Below, piece by piece: positions 17,369 through 26,515 of a DNA stretch of 40,270 nucleotides. Numbering within the stretch: position 1 is the first letter of the stretch; every line of letters begins with the position of its first letter. This DNA comes from a virus. The position numbers and the translations under genes are program-made. The stretch lies in the UHGV virus genome UHGV-0384247. One strand, 5' to 3'. A model generated the notes under the pieces. It did no database searches, was not told where the DNA came from, and saw only the letters and a list, made by a program, of their open reading frames with translations.

Positions 17369-20300
17369 TGAATGAAATCAGAATTGCCGTACTGAATCCA
17401 CATGACAGGGTGCTTGCATTTTTGGATAACACCCATCGAAACTCTATGCATTATTGGAACGATGAACTCCATGAATATCTGCAGGGGACAGCGAATACTT
17501 ACACATTTACGGTAAGTTCCAAACACGAGGATGCTGTGTACATCGTAGAAGGGAATAAAGTAGCCTTTGTATATAACGGAAAAGACTACTATCTGAATAT
17601 CGTACATGTGGAAAAGGATGAATTTACAGTTACTGCGACAGCATGGTCTTTAAGTTTCGAATTGATCAATGAGAATGTGGGTGCGTACAAATCTGAAAGC
17701 GCAATGAGCTTTGAGGAATATGTAACTGCCTTTGATCCGGAACGTACCGTGCGGATCGGGATCAATGAAGTGTCAGATAAGCGGATTTCAAACGAATGGA
17801 CAGGTGAGGCAACGGTACTGTCCCGTTTATTTTCCGTGGCGAATGTATTCGATGCGGAGATTGAGTTCCAGACTGTGTTAAATGATGATTATTCACTGAA
17901 AGAAATTGTAATGAACGTGTATCGGGAACACTCAGACAATAACACGGGAGTTGGGGAGTTCCGGGGAGATATCAAACTGCGGTACGGGAAAAATGTTACC
18001 GGCATCCGGAAGGAATCCAGTATCGAAAATCTGTACACCGGTATCCGTCCAACAGGAAAGGATGGACTGACTATACAGGGAATTGAGAAAGAAGAGCTGG
18101 ATGAGAACGGCGTAGTAGAGTTTTATACACAAGGTCCAGATATCCGGGCGCCGCAGGCAAGGGACAGATTTCCATCAAACCTGATAAACAAGGAAGATGG
18201 ATACATCTTTATGCCAAAATCCTACGATACGGATAACAAAGACAAACTGTACAGTATGGCGCTATCGGACTTGAGAACAGCATCTGAACCGGTCGTGACT
18301 TATGATGTGACGGGATACTTTGATACCGCTATCGGAGATACCGTGGAGATCGAAGATGAGGAGTACGTTCCTACCTTATACTTGAGTGCAAGAGTATCGG
18401 AGCAGGTTCGCAGTTTCACGAATCCGCAAGCAAACAAGACGGTATTTACAAACTACAAAGAGCTGACATCGGAAATTTCGGACAGCTTATTACAGAGGAT
18501 GCAAGACCTTATTAATAAAAATAAGGTTTATACTTGCTCTATCTCAACAAACAACGGCGTTATCTTTAAAAATGGCATCGGTAGCACTACTCTGACCGCT
18601 TACGCTTACGATAACGGCGTGGATGTGGCAGACAAGCTACAATTCCGATGGAGCAAGGATGGGCATGAGTTTTATGTTGGTAAGAGCGTTACGGTAAATG
18701 CTACGGACGTGGATACAAAGGCGGTGTACTCGTTTGAGGCTATGGAAAATGGGATAAAACGTGGGTATTACGAGGTTACGATTACAGATGTAATGGATGG
18801 AGAGGATGGAAAAGACGGAGAACAGGGTCCGCAAGGTGAGAAAGGAGAGCAAGGCGAACAGGGACCTCCGGGTCCACAAGGCGCTCCGGGATTGGATGGT
18901 ATACAGGGTCCAAAAGGGGATCAGGGAATCCCGGGAAAAGATGGGAAGGACGGAAAAACACAGTACACCCACATCGCCTATGCGAACAGCGCAGACGGTA
19001 GGACAGATTTTTCCGTGTCCGACAGTAATAGGGAATATATCGGAATGTATGTCGATTTTATTCCGAACGACAGCACAGACCCAACAAAATACGCATGGAG
19101 CAAGATCAAAGGCGCAAACGGGGAAAACGGAACACCCGGAAAGCCGGGAGCTGATGGAAAGACCACGTATCTACATATCGCCTATGCAAACAGCGCAGAT
19201 GGCAAGACGGGATTTTCCACCACGGATGGTACAAATAAGCTCTATATCGGGCAGTATACAGATTATACACAGGCAGATAGTACAGATGCTGCGAAGTATA
19301 CATGGACAAAGATCAAAGGCGAACAGGGGGAACGTGGTCCACAGGGAGTTCCCGGTCTGCAAGGGGTACAAGGTCCCCAGGGTGAACAGGGGATACAGGG
19401 TCCCAAAGGAGATACTGGAGCTGCAGGTGTAAACTACTGGAGATCATCAGCAACGATAGACTTATCTGATACCAAAACTTACGATGTAAATAAATGGTAT
19501 CCCGTTGTGGGGAGTCAGCTTCCAACGAGTGTTTATAATCGTATTTTGGTTAATGTGTCTTTAAATAGTGGAACAAAACCATCCTGGAGTACACATGTTA
19601 GCGGATTCTCGGTGAATTTAGATCTGGCTTCCATTGGATCTGGGTGGGGAACTACTTCTGGCGAATGTATTATTTATGCAGACACGTATTCATTCTGTTC
19701 AGTGTCGCCTGCCAGCTATACACAACTGACTTATGGATCAATCCCTGTATTATATTTAAGAGGTGGCGGTAAATATTTTGTAAAGACTGATTTTGTGGTC
19801 AACTGGACACCTAAGCCAACAGGATATACATGGCAGAAAGGAAATTATAAGCAGACAGCACCTGTCTTAGATAGCAGACCTGTACCAAGCGGAACCAATA
19901 TTAAAGGGAAGAGCACCTATTTTCACATCAAGTATTCCGCAGTATCGAATCCAACCACCTCTAACCAGATGACAGAGATACCTAACACATATATTGGTAC
20001 TTACGTAGACTTCACACAGGAAGATAGCACGGATCCAAAGAAATATACCTGGTCACGTTTCCAAGGACTTCAAGGACCGCAGGGAACACAGGGGATTCCG
20101 GGGACGAACGGTACAAACGGCAAGACAAGTTATCTGCACATTAAATATTCCAACGATGGAGGGAAAACATTTACCGGAAACAGCGGAGAAGATGTAGGAA
20201 CGTATATTGGTACTTGCGTGGATTACAATCAGTCCGATCCTGCAAGTGTTGGATCTTATAAGTGGGCGAAGATTAAAGGAGAACAAGGTGCGACAGGACC

Positions 20301-21672
20301 ACAAGGAGCAACGGGACCACAGGGGCCGGCGGGGGCATCTGGAAGAGGGATAAAAACTATTACGGAATATTATTTGATTTCTTCCGCAAAAACAGGAATT
20401 ACAACGGCGTTAAGCGGTTGGAGTACATCAATTCCTACGATGACAGCAACAAATAAATACTTGTGGAACTATGAAAAATTTACGTTTACAGATAATACGA
20501 CAGCGACCACTACGCCAAAAATAATCGGGATATACGGAGACAAAGGAACAACAGGGGCTACCGGTCCACAAGGACCGCAGGGGGCAACTGGTGCAACGGG
20601 ACCGCAAGGGGCAACTGGAAACGGAATAAAGTCTATCACGAATTATTATCTTGCAACGGCAAGCGGAAGCGGTGTGTCGGCGTCCACATCAGGATGGACT
20701 ACAACTGTACAAGCAATAACGGCGTCAAAAAAATATCTGTGGAATTATGAAGTTGTTACCTATACAAATGGTAGCACGTATCAATCAGCACCATGTATCA
20801 TCGGAGTATATGGTGATAAGGGAGCGACCGGTGCTACAGGAGCAACAGGACCAAGTGGCATAATTGTATCTTCTACGGCTCCGTCAAATCCTAAAGTTGG
20901 CCAGTTATGGCAAACGGCATCCGGTCAGCCGATCAAGCGGTGGGATGGAAGTAGGTGGGTGATCCATTATATTTCTGTTGATAACTTAAACGCACAGACT
21001 TTAAGTGCGATAGCGGCAGATCTTGGAACTGTAACTGCCGGACTTATTAAGGATAAGAATGGAACAATGCTTATCGATGTTACATCCGGAAAGATTATTA
21101 GCAAGAAAATCGTGCAAGGAGCAGTGGAAAATGTTGCGTCATTGAGTAATGCGTATTTGGCTTTCTCTGGTAAGGCTCCGACAACAGATCGAGCTACTAT
21201 GAGCGTGAACTTGCAAAACATCATGTTTACAAATGAAAATACAAGAAAAGCAACGACAATCCAGTTTGAGGATGAAATGATATATGCAAGAAATTCTGTA
21301 TCCCCACGTATAAGCATATATGCGTATCGCAATTACGATTCCGGTACCGTGAAAGGTCCATATACAAGTGCAAACTCCGCTAATAACATCCGTATAGAAC
21401 TAAAAAGAAGAGGATGTATGGTAACATGCAAGATCACAATGATTGCACAATTTCCGGGAAGTGGCGAATACGGGCCATTCAACGAAGTGAAAATTCCAGT
21501 AGGATATCGACCGGTTATGGATTTCTTTGCTCCCTATAGTGAAGTTTCAGGACCTAACATATTTGGAACGGGAAGATACGGTATAGGAAAAGATGGGGGG
21601 ATCAAGATTTATGTGGAGAATGCCGGATGGACAGAACGTCACGCAACGTTCACGTGGATTACAGATGATTGA
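17368..21672 (+). CDS. tail-associated protein / tail fibre (Tal-type N-terminus, collagen-like tracts, repeated beta-rich modules); likely receptor-binding protein
   Basis: 1434 aa; phage minor-structural N-terminus; Gly-X-Y tracts (GEQGPQGEKGEQGEQGPPGPQGAPG and others); a ~75-aa module HIAYANSADG...YIG.Y.D...DSTD..KY.W.KIKG repeated 4x; a second module YYL...SGW.T....KYLWNYE repeated 2x. Confidence 0.7.
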   Translation: MNEIRIAVLNPHDRVLAFLDNTHRNSMHYWNDELHEYLQGTANTYTFTVSSKHEDAVYIVEGNKVAFVYNGKDYYLNIVHVEKDEFTVTATAWSLSFELINENVGAYKSESAMSFEEYVTAFDPERTVRIGINEVSDKRISNEWTGEATVLSRLFSVANVFDAEIEFQTVLNDDYSLKEIVMNVYREHSDNNTGVGEFRGDIKLRYGKNVTGIRKESSIENLYTGIRPTGKDGLTIQGIEKEELDENGVVEFYTQGPDIRAPQARDRFPSNLINKEDGYIFMPKSYDTDNKDKLYSMALSDLRTASEPVVTYDVTGYFDTAIGDTVEIEDEEYVPTLYLSARVSEQVRSFTNPQANKTVFTNYKELTSEISDSLLQRMQDLINKNKVYTCSISTNNGVIFKNGIGSTTLTAYAYDNGVDVADKLQFRWSKDGHEFYVGKSVTVNATDVDTKAVYSFEAMENGIKRGYYEVTITDVMDGEDGKDGEQGPQGEKGEQGEQGPPGPQGAPGLDGIQGPKGDQGIPGKDGKDGKTQYTHIAYANSADGRTDFSVSDSNREYIGMYVDFIPNDSTDPTKYAWSKIKGANGENGTPGKPGADGKTTYLHIAYANSADGKTGFSTTDGTNKLYIGQYTDYTQADSTDAAKYTWTKIKGEQGERGPQGVPGLQGVQGPQGEQGIQGPKGDTGAAGVNYWRSSATIDLSDTKTYDVNKWYPVVGSQLPTSVYNRILVNVSLNSGTKPSWSTHVSGFSVNLDLASIGSGWGTTSGECIIYADTYSFCSVSPASYTQLTYGSIPVLYLRGGGKYFVKTDFVVNWTPKPTGYTWQKGNYKQTAPVLDSRPVPSGTNIKGKSTYFHIKYSAVSNPTTSNQMTEIPNTYIGTYVDFTQEDSTDPKKYTWSRFQGLQGPQGTQGIPGTNGTNGKTSYLHIKYSNDGGKTFTGNSGEDVGTYIGTCVDYNQSDPASVGSYKWAKIKGEQGATGPQGATGPQGPAGASGRGIKTITEYYLISSAKTGITTALSGWSTSIPTMTATNKYLWNYEKFTFTDNTTATTTPKIIGIYGDKGTTGATGPQGPQGATGATGPQGATGNGIKSITNYYLATASGSGVSASTSGWTTTVQAITASKKYLWNYEVVTYTNGSTYQSAPCIIGVYGDKGATGATGATGPSGIIVSSTAPSNPKVGQLWQTASGQPIKRWDGSRWVIHYISVDNLNAQTLSAIAADLGTVTAGLIKDKNGTMLIDVTSGKIISKKIVQGAVENVASLSNAYLAFSGKAPTTDRATMSVNLQNIMFTNENTRKATTIQFEDEMIYARNSVSPRISIYAYRNYDSGTVKGPYTSANSANNIRIELKRRGCMVTCKITMIAQFPGSGEYGPFNEVKIPVGYRPVMDFFAPYSEVSGPNIFGTGRYGIGKDGGIKIYVENAGWTERHATFTWITDD

Positions 21673-21700
21673 TTAAAGGAGCGAATATGGAGATTAGAGC

Positions 21701-21724
21701 AAGACCGTGATGGTCTTATTTTTA
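21701..21724 (+). terminator. intrinsic terminator between the tail and lysis modules
   Basis: AAGACC-GTGAT-GGTCTT hairpin followed by ATTTTTA. Confidence 0.45.
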
Positions 21725-21754
21725 TACTTTAAAATCAGAAAGGAAAGTGAGGAT

Positions 21755-22207
21755 ATGAAGAAAATGGAGCAGTTGGCAAATGTAAAAGCGTTTTTATGCA
21801 TGGTGTTTGGAGCTATTGCTGGAGGATTCGTAAACCTGATCGGAGGATGGTCCGAGGACTTGACTACATTACTTATTTTTATGGGTGTAGACTTTGTTCT
21901 TGGATTGCTGATCGCTGCCTTTTGGAAAAAGAGCAACAAATCAGAGAACGGTGCGCTAAGCAGCTACTCAGCGTGGAAAGGTTTGTGCAGAAAAGGGGTA
22001 TCCCTACTGATCGTACTTATTGCATATCGGCTGGATGTTACTCTCGGCGTAGACTACATCCGTACAGCCGTGGTACTGGCATTTATAGCAAATGAGGGTA
22101 TCTCGATTTTGGAAAATGTTGGAATTATGGGCGTGAAATATCCGGAAGCGTTAAAAAAAGCACTGGATGTTTTAACAAATAAATCACAGGAGCAGGAGGG
22201 CGAGTAA
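21755..22207 (+). CDS. holin, TcdE/UviB-like (Phage_holin_4 family)
   Basis: three to four TM segments; conserved IANEGISILENVG motif; start at MKKMEQ. Confidence 0.75.
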   Translation: MKKMEQLANVKAFLCMVFGAIAGGFVNLIGGWSEDLTTLLIFMGVDFVLGLLIAAFWKKSNKSENGALSSYSAWKGLCRKGVSLLIVLIAYRLDVTLGVDYIRTAVVLAFIANEGISILENVGIMGVKYPEALKKALDVLTNKSQEQEGE

Positions 22208-22222
22208 TCGTCCTCTTTTATT

Positions 22223-22236
22223 GTGCGACATCGCAC
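22223..22236 (+). promoter_or_regulatory. hairpin GTGCG-ACAT-CGCAC immediately upstream of an SD sequence (copy 1 of a repeated leader)
   Basis: the leader TTGTGCGACATCG(C/T)ACGG occurs twice, at 22220-22238 and 22520-22538. Confidence 0.35.
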
Positions 22237-22253
22237 GGAAAGGAGTTAAAATC

Positions 22254-22520
22254 ATGGGAAGCAAGGAATTTTTAAACATTTGCAAAGCAAAGGTAGCGGA
22301 TTATTTTAATCAGAATAAAGACAAGACTGATGCATCTGACAACATGACGGTAGATGATGTATTTGTAGTTTGGTATTGCAAAACACTGCAAAATCACAAG
22401 GCATTGCTTAGTACGCCAGTAAGTGATGGTATGTATTACGAGATCACTTACAGTGGAGATAAGAATGAGATCTACTTTGATGCTTATAAAAAGTGGGAAA
22501 ACATTAAATTTGATATGTAA
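22254..22520 (+). CDS. small soluble hypothetical protein between holin and endolysin
   Basis: 89 aa from the ATG with AAGGAG and an 8-nt spacer. Confidence 0.45.
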   Translation: MGSKEFLNICKAKVADYFNQNKDKTDASDNMTVDDVFVVWYCKTLQNHKALLSTPVSDGMYYEITYSGDKNEIYFDAYKKWENIKFDM

Positions 22521-22522
22521 TT

Positions 22523-22536
22523 GTGCGACATCGTAC
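22523..22536 (+). promoter_or_regulatory. hairpin GTGCG-ACAT-CGTAC (copy 2 of the repeated leader)
   Basis: read directly. Confidence 0.35.
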
Positions 22537-22552
22537 GGTAGGAGGTGAGAAC

Positions 22553-22642
22553 ATGAGCGAACAGAACGAATTTGGCAGAGTATCCGCAGAGGAACTGGAA
22601 AAAGCATTTGAAACAGAAGAGCAGGAGGAAGAGAAAGAATGA
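22553..22642 (+). CDS. 29-aa acidic micro-ORF (MSEQNEFGRVSAEELEKAFETEEQEEEKE) coupled to the endolysin start
   Basis: RBS GGAGGTG; its stop overlaps the endolysin ATG (ATGA). Confidence 0.3.
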   Translation: MSEQNEFGRVSAEELEKAFETEEQEEEKE

Positions 22643-23442
22643 AAATTGGCTTAAGGGGAGGGCATTCCCCAAATTGTAAAGGTGCAATAGGTCTGATCGA
22701 TGAGCAGGCAGAAGTGCGGAAGATCTACAATGAGCTTGCACCAATGTTGCAGGCTGTCGGTCATACTGTGGTTGATTGTAATTCCAATGCATCCAATGTG
22801 TCCAGCGAGTTATCTAACGGAACAAATAAGGCGAATAGTGCGGGGTGCGATATCTATGTCACCTTGCACATGAACGCCGCAGGAACGGAATCAGCAGGAG
22901 GCACAGAGGTGTGGTTATATGATGCATCTAACCAGACAATGAACACGATCGCAAGCGATATCTGTAATAATTTTGCGGGTAAAGGATTTACTAACCGGGG
23001 TGTAAAGTACAGTTCGGGATACCATGATCTGAATGCATCTAATATGCCCGGTATGATTGTGGAGACATTATTTTGCACCGGCACAGATGATGTAGCACGG
23101 TATCGTAGTTTAAGCACAAAAGGAATTGCTGAGCTGATTGCAAAGGCGATCGACAGCAAAGCATCAACAGGAAGTGGACAGGGAAACAAACAGAATACAG
23201 GAGATTGGGAAGGAGAAGAGACTATGCAGTGTATGTTTACGGTAGAGGGAAAAGGATGTGTATATTGGTATCATGATGATAAGATTACGGCTTTGGGACA
23301 TCCGGACGAAATGAAGATTCTGATGGATATTTACAAAGCGAACAATGGAAGAGATATGCCATCTTATCATTGGACAAAGAAAGCGCCGTGGCACGCAAGA
23401 TTACTTGCGGTGCTGAACAGAAAACCATCTACATCTATCTAA
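22639..23442 (+). CDS. endolysin, N-acetylmuramoyl-L-alanine amidase (Amidase_3, CD27L-like) with a C-terminal domain
   Basis: MKIGLRGGHS...LAP.L...GH.V...TLHMNA...GTEVW pattern matches Amidase_3 phage lysins. Confidence 0.85.
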   Translation: MKIGLRGGHSPNCKGAIGLIDEQAEVRKIYNELAPMLQAVGHTVVDCNSNASNVSSELSNGTNKANSAGCDIYVTLHMNAAGTESAGGTEVWLYDASNQTMNTIASDICNNFAGKGFTNRGVKYSSGYHDLNASNMPGMIVETLFCTGTDDVARYRSLSTKGIAELIAKAIDSKASTGSGQGNKQNTGDWEGEETMQCMFTVEGKGCVYWYHDDKITALGHPDEMKILMDIYKANNGRDMPSYHWTKKAPWHARLLAVLNRKPSTSI

Positions 23443-23448
23443 TAAAAT

Positions 23449-23475
23449 CCCCTCGGAGATTAGCTCTCTGAGGGG
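23449..23475. terminator. bidirectional terminator hairpin between endolysin (+) and recombinase (-)
   Basis: CCCCTCGGAGA/TCTCTGAGGGG stem of 11 bp; a U-rich tract follows on the minus-strand side. Confidence 0.55.
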
Positions 23476-23520
23476 GGGGGAATATTGTATCATTTTCGTG
23501 TATATTTATAATATGTAGAA

Positions 23521-23574
23521 ATATTATAGGTTATTGTTATTTGGCGGCCCATATTGCAGTAACCTATAACATAT
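23521..23574. repeat. imperfect inverted repeat (10-bp perfect core TTATAGGTTA / TAACCTATAA, 26-bp spacer) downstream of the recombinase gene; candidate attP
   Basis: read directly; IR centre near GGCGGCC at 23543-23549. Confidence 0.4.
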
Positions 23575-23599
23575 CCGCAAACCCTTATAAACAGAGGGC

Positions 23600-25018
23600 T
23601 CACGATATGTAAAGATGGAAGATCAGTTTTCCGTTTTTCTTGTCATAAACGATATCTTCTACCAAACTTCTCATAAAAATCCCTTTGGTATCATAGTCTA
23701 TAGCATCATTTTTAATCACATCATATACAGTTTGCACGTTCTTGAGCACGTCAGATTTTGTTTTCGCGTCTTCATTATTCTTATTGAGATTTTCCAGTTG
23801 CATCAAAATATCTTCCCTGTCTTTTCGCAGACGCTCTTTGTTCCGTTTATATTCTTCCAAAGTATCTACTTCATTCTCATAAGCGAGACGGATCCGTTTC
23901 TCCCTGTTGGAAATTTTATCAAGTTCAGACAAGAGCGATTCACGTTCTGATATCTTCTCGCCGGTCTCAGCAGAGTGGTAGGAGTATTCAAAATCCATAC
24001 CGGAAAGAAGTTTTTCAAAATATTCTTCCAGTGCAGCGATCACTTTTTTCTCTGATATCGAACAGGATTCGGTATGTATTCCTTTACTGTACTTATAACA
24101 CTGAAAACCAGGTGAGTGCCTGTTTGCACCATTGTAGGCGAGAGAGGCCCCGCAGTATCCGCATTTTAAAATCCCTGATAACCAATGTTTACATGAGGAT
24201 ACATCACGGCGTTTCAGTGGCTTGTATGTAGTCTGTATCTTTTTCATGCGGGCTTCGAAGCGTTCTTTTGAGTAATGGACTTCATGTGTTCCCATGAATG
24301 TTATTCCATTCCACGCGACAAGACCATAATAGAATGGATTTTTCAAGATTCTTTCTACGCTACGGGATTCGAAAGGGTTCCCTCGTCTTGTGCGGACTCC
24401 CATATCGTTTAGCTTTCTTGTTATCTTTGTGGTATCTGAGTTGCGGTAATCAAATTCATCACAGATAAAATCCACGACCTTCATTTCATCCGGAACAATT
24501 TTATAAGGATCTCCGTTTCCAACAGCACGATACCCAAAAGGTGGGGACATCTGGTATCCTTTTTTTGTAGCCTTTTCTTTCATCCCTCTTAGGACTTCGC
24601 CAGAAAGCCGGATAGAGTAGTATTCATCCATCCATTCAATGATTCTCTCGATTAAAGAGCCGAATGGACCATCTATCAAAGGTTCTGACACACTCACAAC
24701 ATCAACGTTGCTTTGCTTCCGCAGCAGGGATTTGTATACGATAGATTCTTCTTGATTTCTTGCGAATCTGCTGAATTTCCAAACCAGAATCACATCAACT
24801 GGATGATCGGATGATTTTGCAAGCCCGATCATTTTCTGGAATTCTGGACGCTTGTCAGCTTTTCTACCGGATATTCCAAGCTCAAAGAAAACCTTCAAAA
24901 TGATAATATTGTTTTTGGCAGCATATTCCCGTAATAGTTTCTCTTGCGAATCCGGAGAAAGTTCTTCTTGCTTATCAGTGGATACACGGACGTAACCATA
25001 GGCATATCTTGCGCTCAT
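23600..25018 (-). CDS. large serine recombinase (integrase)
   Basis: 472 aa; N-terminal resolvase catalytic domain YGYVRVSTDKQ; recombinase domain; zinc-ribbon Cys pairs; coiled-coil C-terminus. Confidence 0.9.
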   Translation of the reverse strand: MSARYAYGYVRVSTDKQEELSPDSQEKLLREYAAKNNIIILKVFFELGISGRKADKRPEFQKMIGLAKSSDHPVDVILVWKFSRFARNQEESIVYKSLLRKQSNVDVVSVSEPLIDGPFGSLIERIIEWMDEYYSIRLSGEVLRGMKEKATKKGYQMSPPFGYRAVGNGDPYKIVPDEMKVVDFICDEFDYRNSDTTKITRKLNDMGVRTRRGNPFESRSVERILKNPFYYGLVAWNGITFMGTHEVHYSKERFEARMKKIQTTYKPLKRRDVSSCKHWLSGILKCGYCGASLAYNGANRHSPGFQCYKYSKGIHTESCSISEKKVIAALEEYFEKLLSGMDFEYSYHSAETGEKISERESLLSELDKISNREKRIRLAYENEVDTLEEYKRNKERLRKDREDILMQLENLNKNNEDAKTKSDVLKNVQTVYDVIKNDAIDYDTKGIFMRSLVEDIVYDKKNGKLIFHLYIS

Positions 25019-25209
25019 TTTAGATCATCTCCTCATTTAATTTATGTAAAAATAGGCACAAAAATAACAGCCAGCACATGAACAAATGTTCTGGATTGCA
25101 AGCTGTTTCCGAAGATGATACAATATTCGTGGATTTCAATAGCATATCTTCGGATGTGTAGACCGTCTCAGTGTTGGTAGCACTGGGGCGGTTTTTGTGT
25201 TCTGAAAAA

Positions 25210-26454
25210 TTATTGTTTTCGCTTCATTTTCTGACTTACTCTAAATTGTTCAGCATCTGGTACGTCAATAAACTCTACAGTCTTATCGAAGTTTTTCTTT
25301 ACGACTTCTTTTATCTCATCGAGTGTTACGTTGAAGAATTCTCTTCTTGTGTTGACCATATTTAGTTTACGATCTTCAAAAGCTTTATGAAGTGCTGCTT
25401 CTAATGCCGGTGCATCATCAGAGAAGATCATGGCATGTACATCAAAATTAAACGGAACAGATGCATCACCTAGTTCATCAACACGATCCTGAGGATCCAA
25501 GCGTCTGGTCATCCCAATCTTATAAACGTTTTCTCCAAAGGCTCCAATATTTGAAATTATGTAAACATATCCAGCACGCTGATTTGCTTCTCTGTAGTCG
25601 ATATCTTTAATAGCCTTATCTATGTCATTGAGCTGATTTTCCAATTCGGATTTTTTGGTAAGCAGATCTGCATTATCTGGATTTTCTTCTAATTGCTTGA
25701 GAAGTTTTTCGTAAGCTGTCTGGTAGTGAGTTTGTTCTTTTTCTATCTTCTTACGTTGAGCTTCAATTTCTTTTTGGAGTCGTGCGGCTTCGCGCATCTC
25801 TGCTCTTGCAGCTTTTTGAGCTTCTTTCTCTTCCTGCTTCTTTTGCTGATACTCAAAGGCTAATGTAAGTTCTTCTTCTTTCCAGTCTATATATTTTGGG
25901 GTAATCTTTAAGGACATGGATTTACCAAGTCTTTCAATAGAGTTTGCGGATTGATGAATCTTTTTAAGGGACATATCAAAATTATTGTACTTCACTTTGC
26001 TTATTACATCTTCACAATCGCTATTGAACGCTCTCAAAAACAATTTTTTCATATCTGCAATCATTTTATTGCCTTTGCTTTTACTTCCATTTACCGTCCA
26101 AGTTGTAGCTCCGATAATAGCTTTATCACTTTTTATCAATTTTTTCTGTGCATCACGAATGTTATCTAATTCTTCTTTATACTCTTCTGACGTAACAAAA
26201 TTATATCGTGGCGTATATAGACCAAATTCCTGAAATGTGATTGCATCTTCAAAAAATATCGCCTCCTTCTTCAAAGTGTCAATTTTAGAAGTGCGTTTGT
26301 CGATTTCCTTTTCAAGTCGCTCTTTTTTAGCCTCTAACTCGGCAACTTTTGAATTCAGGACTGACGCATTTTGAAATTCTGGAGACATTAGTTCTTTTAA
26401 TCCAGCATTTTCCTTTGCTATTTTCCCGATATTAAAAACATCTTTTAATCCCAT
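25210..26454 (-). CDS. DUF4041 coiled-coil protein with a C-terminal T5orf172 (GIY-YIG-like) domain
   Basis: 414 aa; long Lys/Glu-rich coiled coil; C-terminus YVYIISN...YKIGMTRRLDPQDRVDELGDASVPFNFDVHAMIFSDDAPALEAALHKAF matches T5orf172. Confidence 0.7.
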   Translation of the reverse strand: MGLKDVFNIGKIAKENAGLKELMSPEFQNASVLNSKVAELEAKKERLEKEIDKRTSKIDTLKKEAIFFEDAITFQEFGLYTPRYNFVTSEEYKEELDNIRDAQKKLIKSDKAIIGATTWTVNGSKSKGNKMIADMKKLFLRAFNSDCEDVISKVKYNNFDMSLKKIHQSANSIERLGKSMSLKITPKYIDWKEEELTLAFEYQQKKQEEKEAQKAARAEMREAARLQKEIEAQRKKIEKEQTHYQTAYEKLLKQLEENPDNADLLTKKSELENQLNDIDKAIKDIDYREANQRAGYVYIISNIGAFGENVYKIGMTRRLDPQDRVDELGDASVPFNFDVHAMIFSDDAPALEAALHKAFEDRKLNMVNTRREFFNVTLDEIKEVVKKNFDKTVEFIDVPDAEQFRVSQKMKRKQ

Positions 26455-26515
26455 AGTTACTTTTCTCCTTTAACTTACCCGTACCTCACACCACTATATA
26501 TAAACGCATCTACGC

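Noticed and set aside
18797-19432. 211-aa + strand ORF in an alternative frame inside the tail-fibre gene
   Set aside because: It lies entirely within the collagen-like Gly-X-Y region. Alternative frames of GXY repeats stay open by composition (Arg/Gln/Lys-rich nonsense product), it has no RBS, and it is nested in a well-supported 1434-aa gene.
21796-22095. 99-aa alternative-frame ORF inside the holin gene
   Set aside because: It is nested in the holin reading frame, which carries the conserved TcdE-family motif, and has no RBS.
23615-23950. 111-aa + ORF inside the serine recombinase gene
   Set aside because: It is antisense to the recombinase, a gene with strong catalytic-domain evidence.
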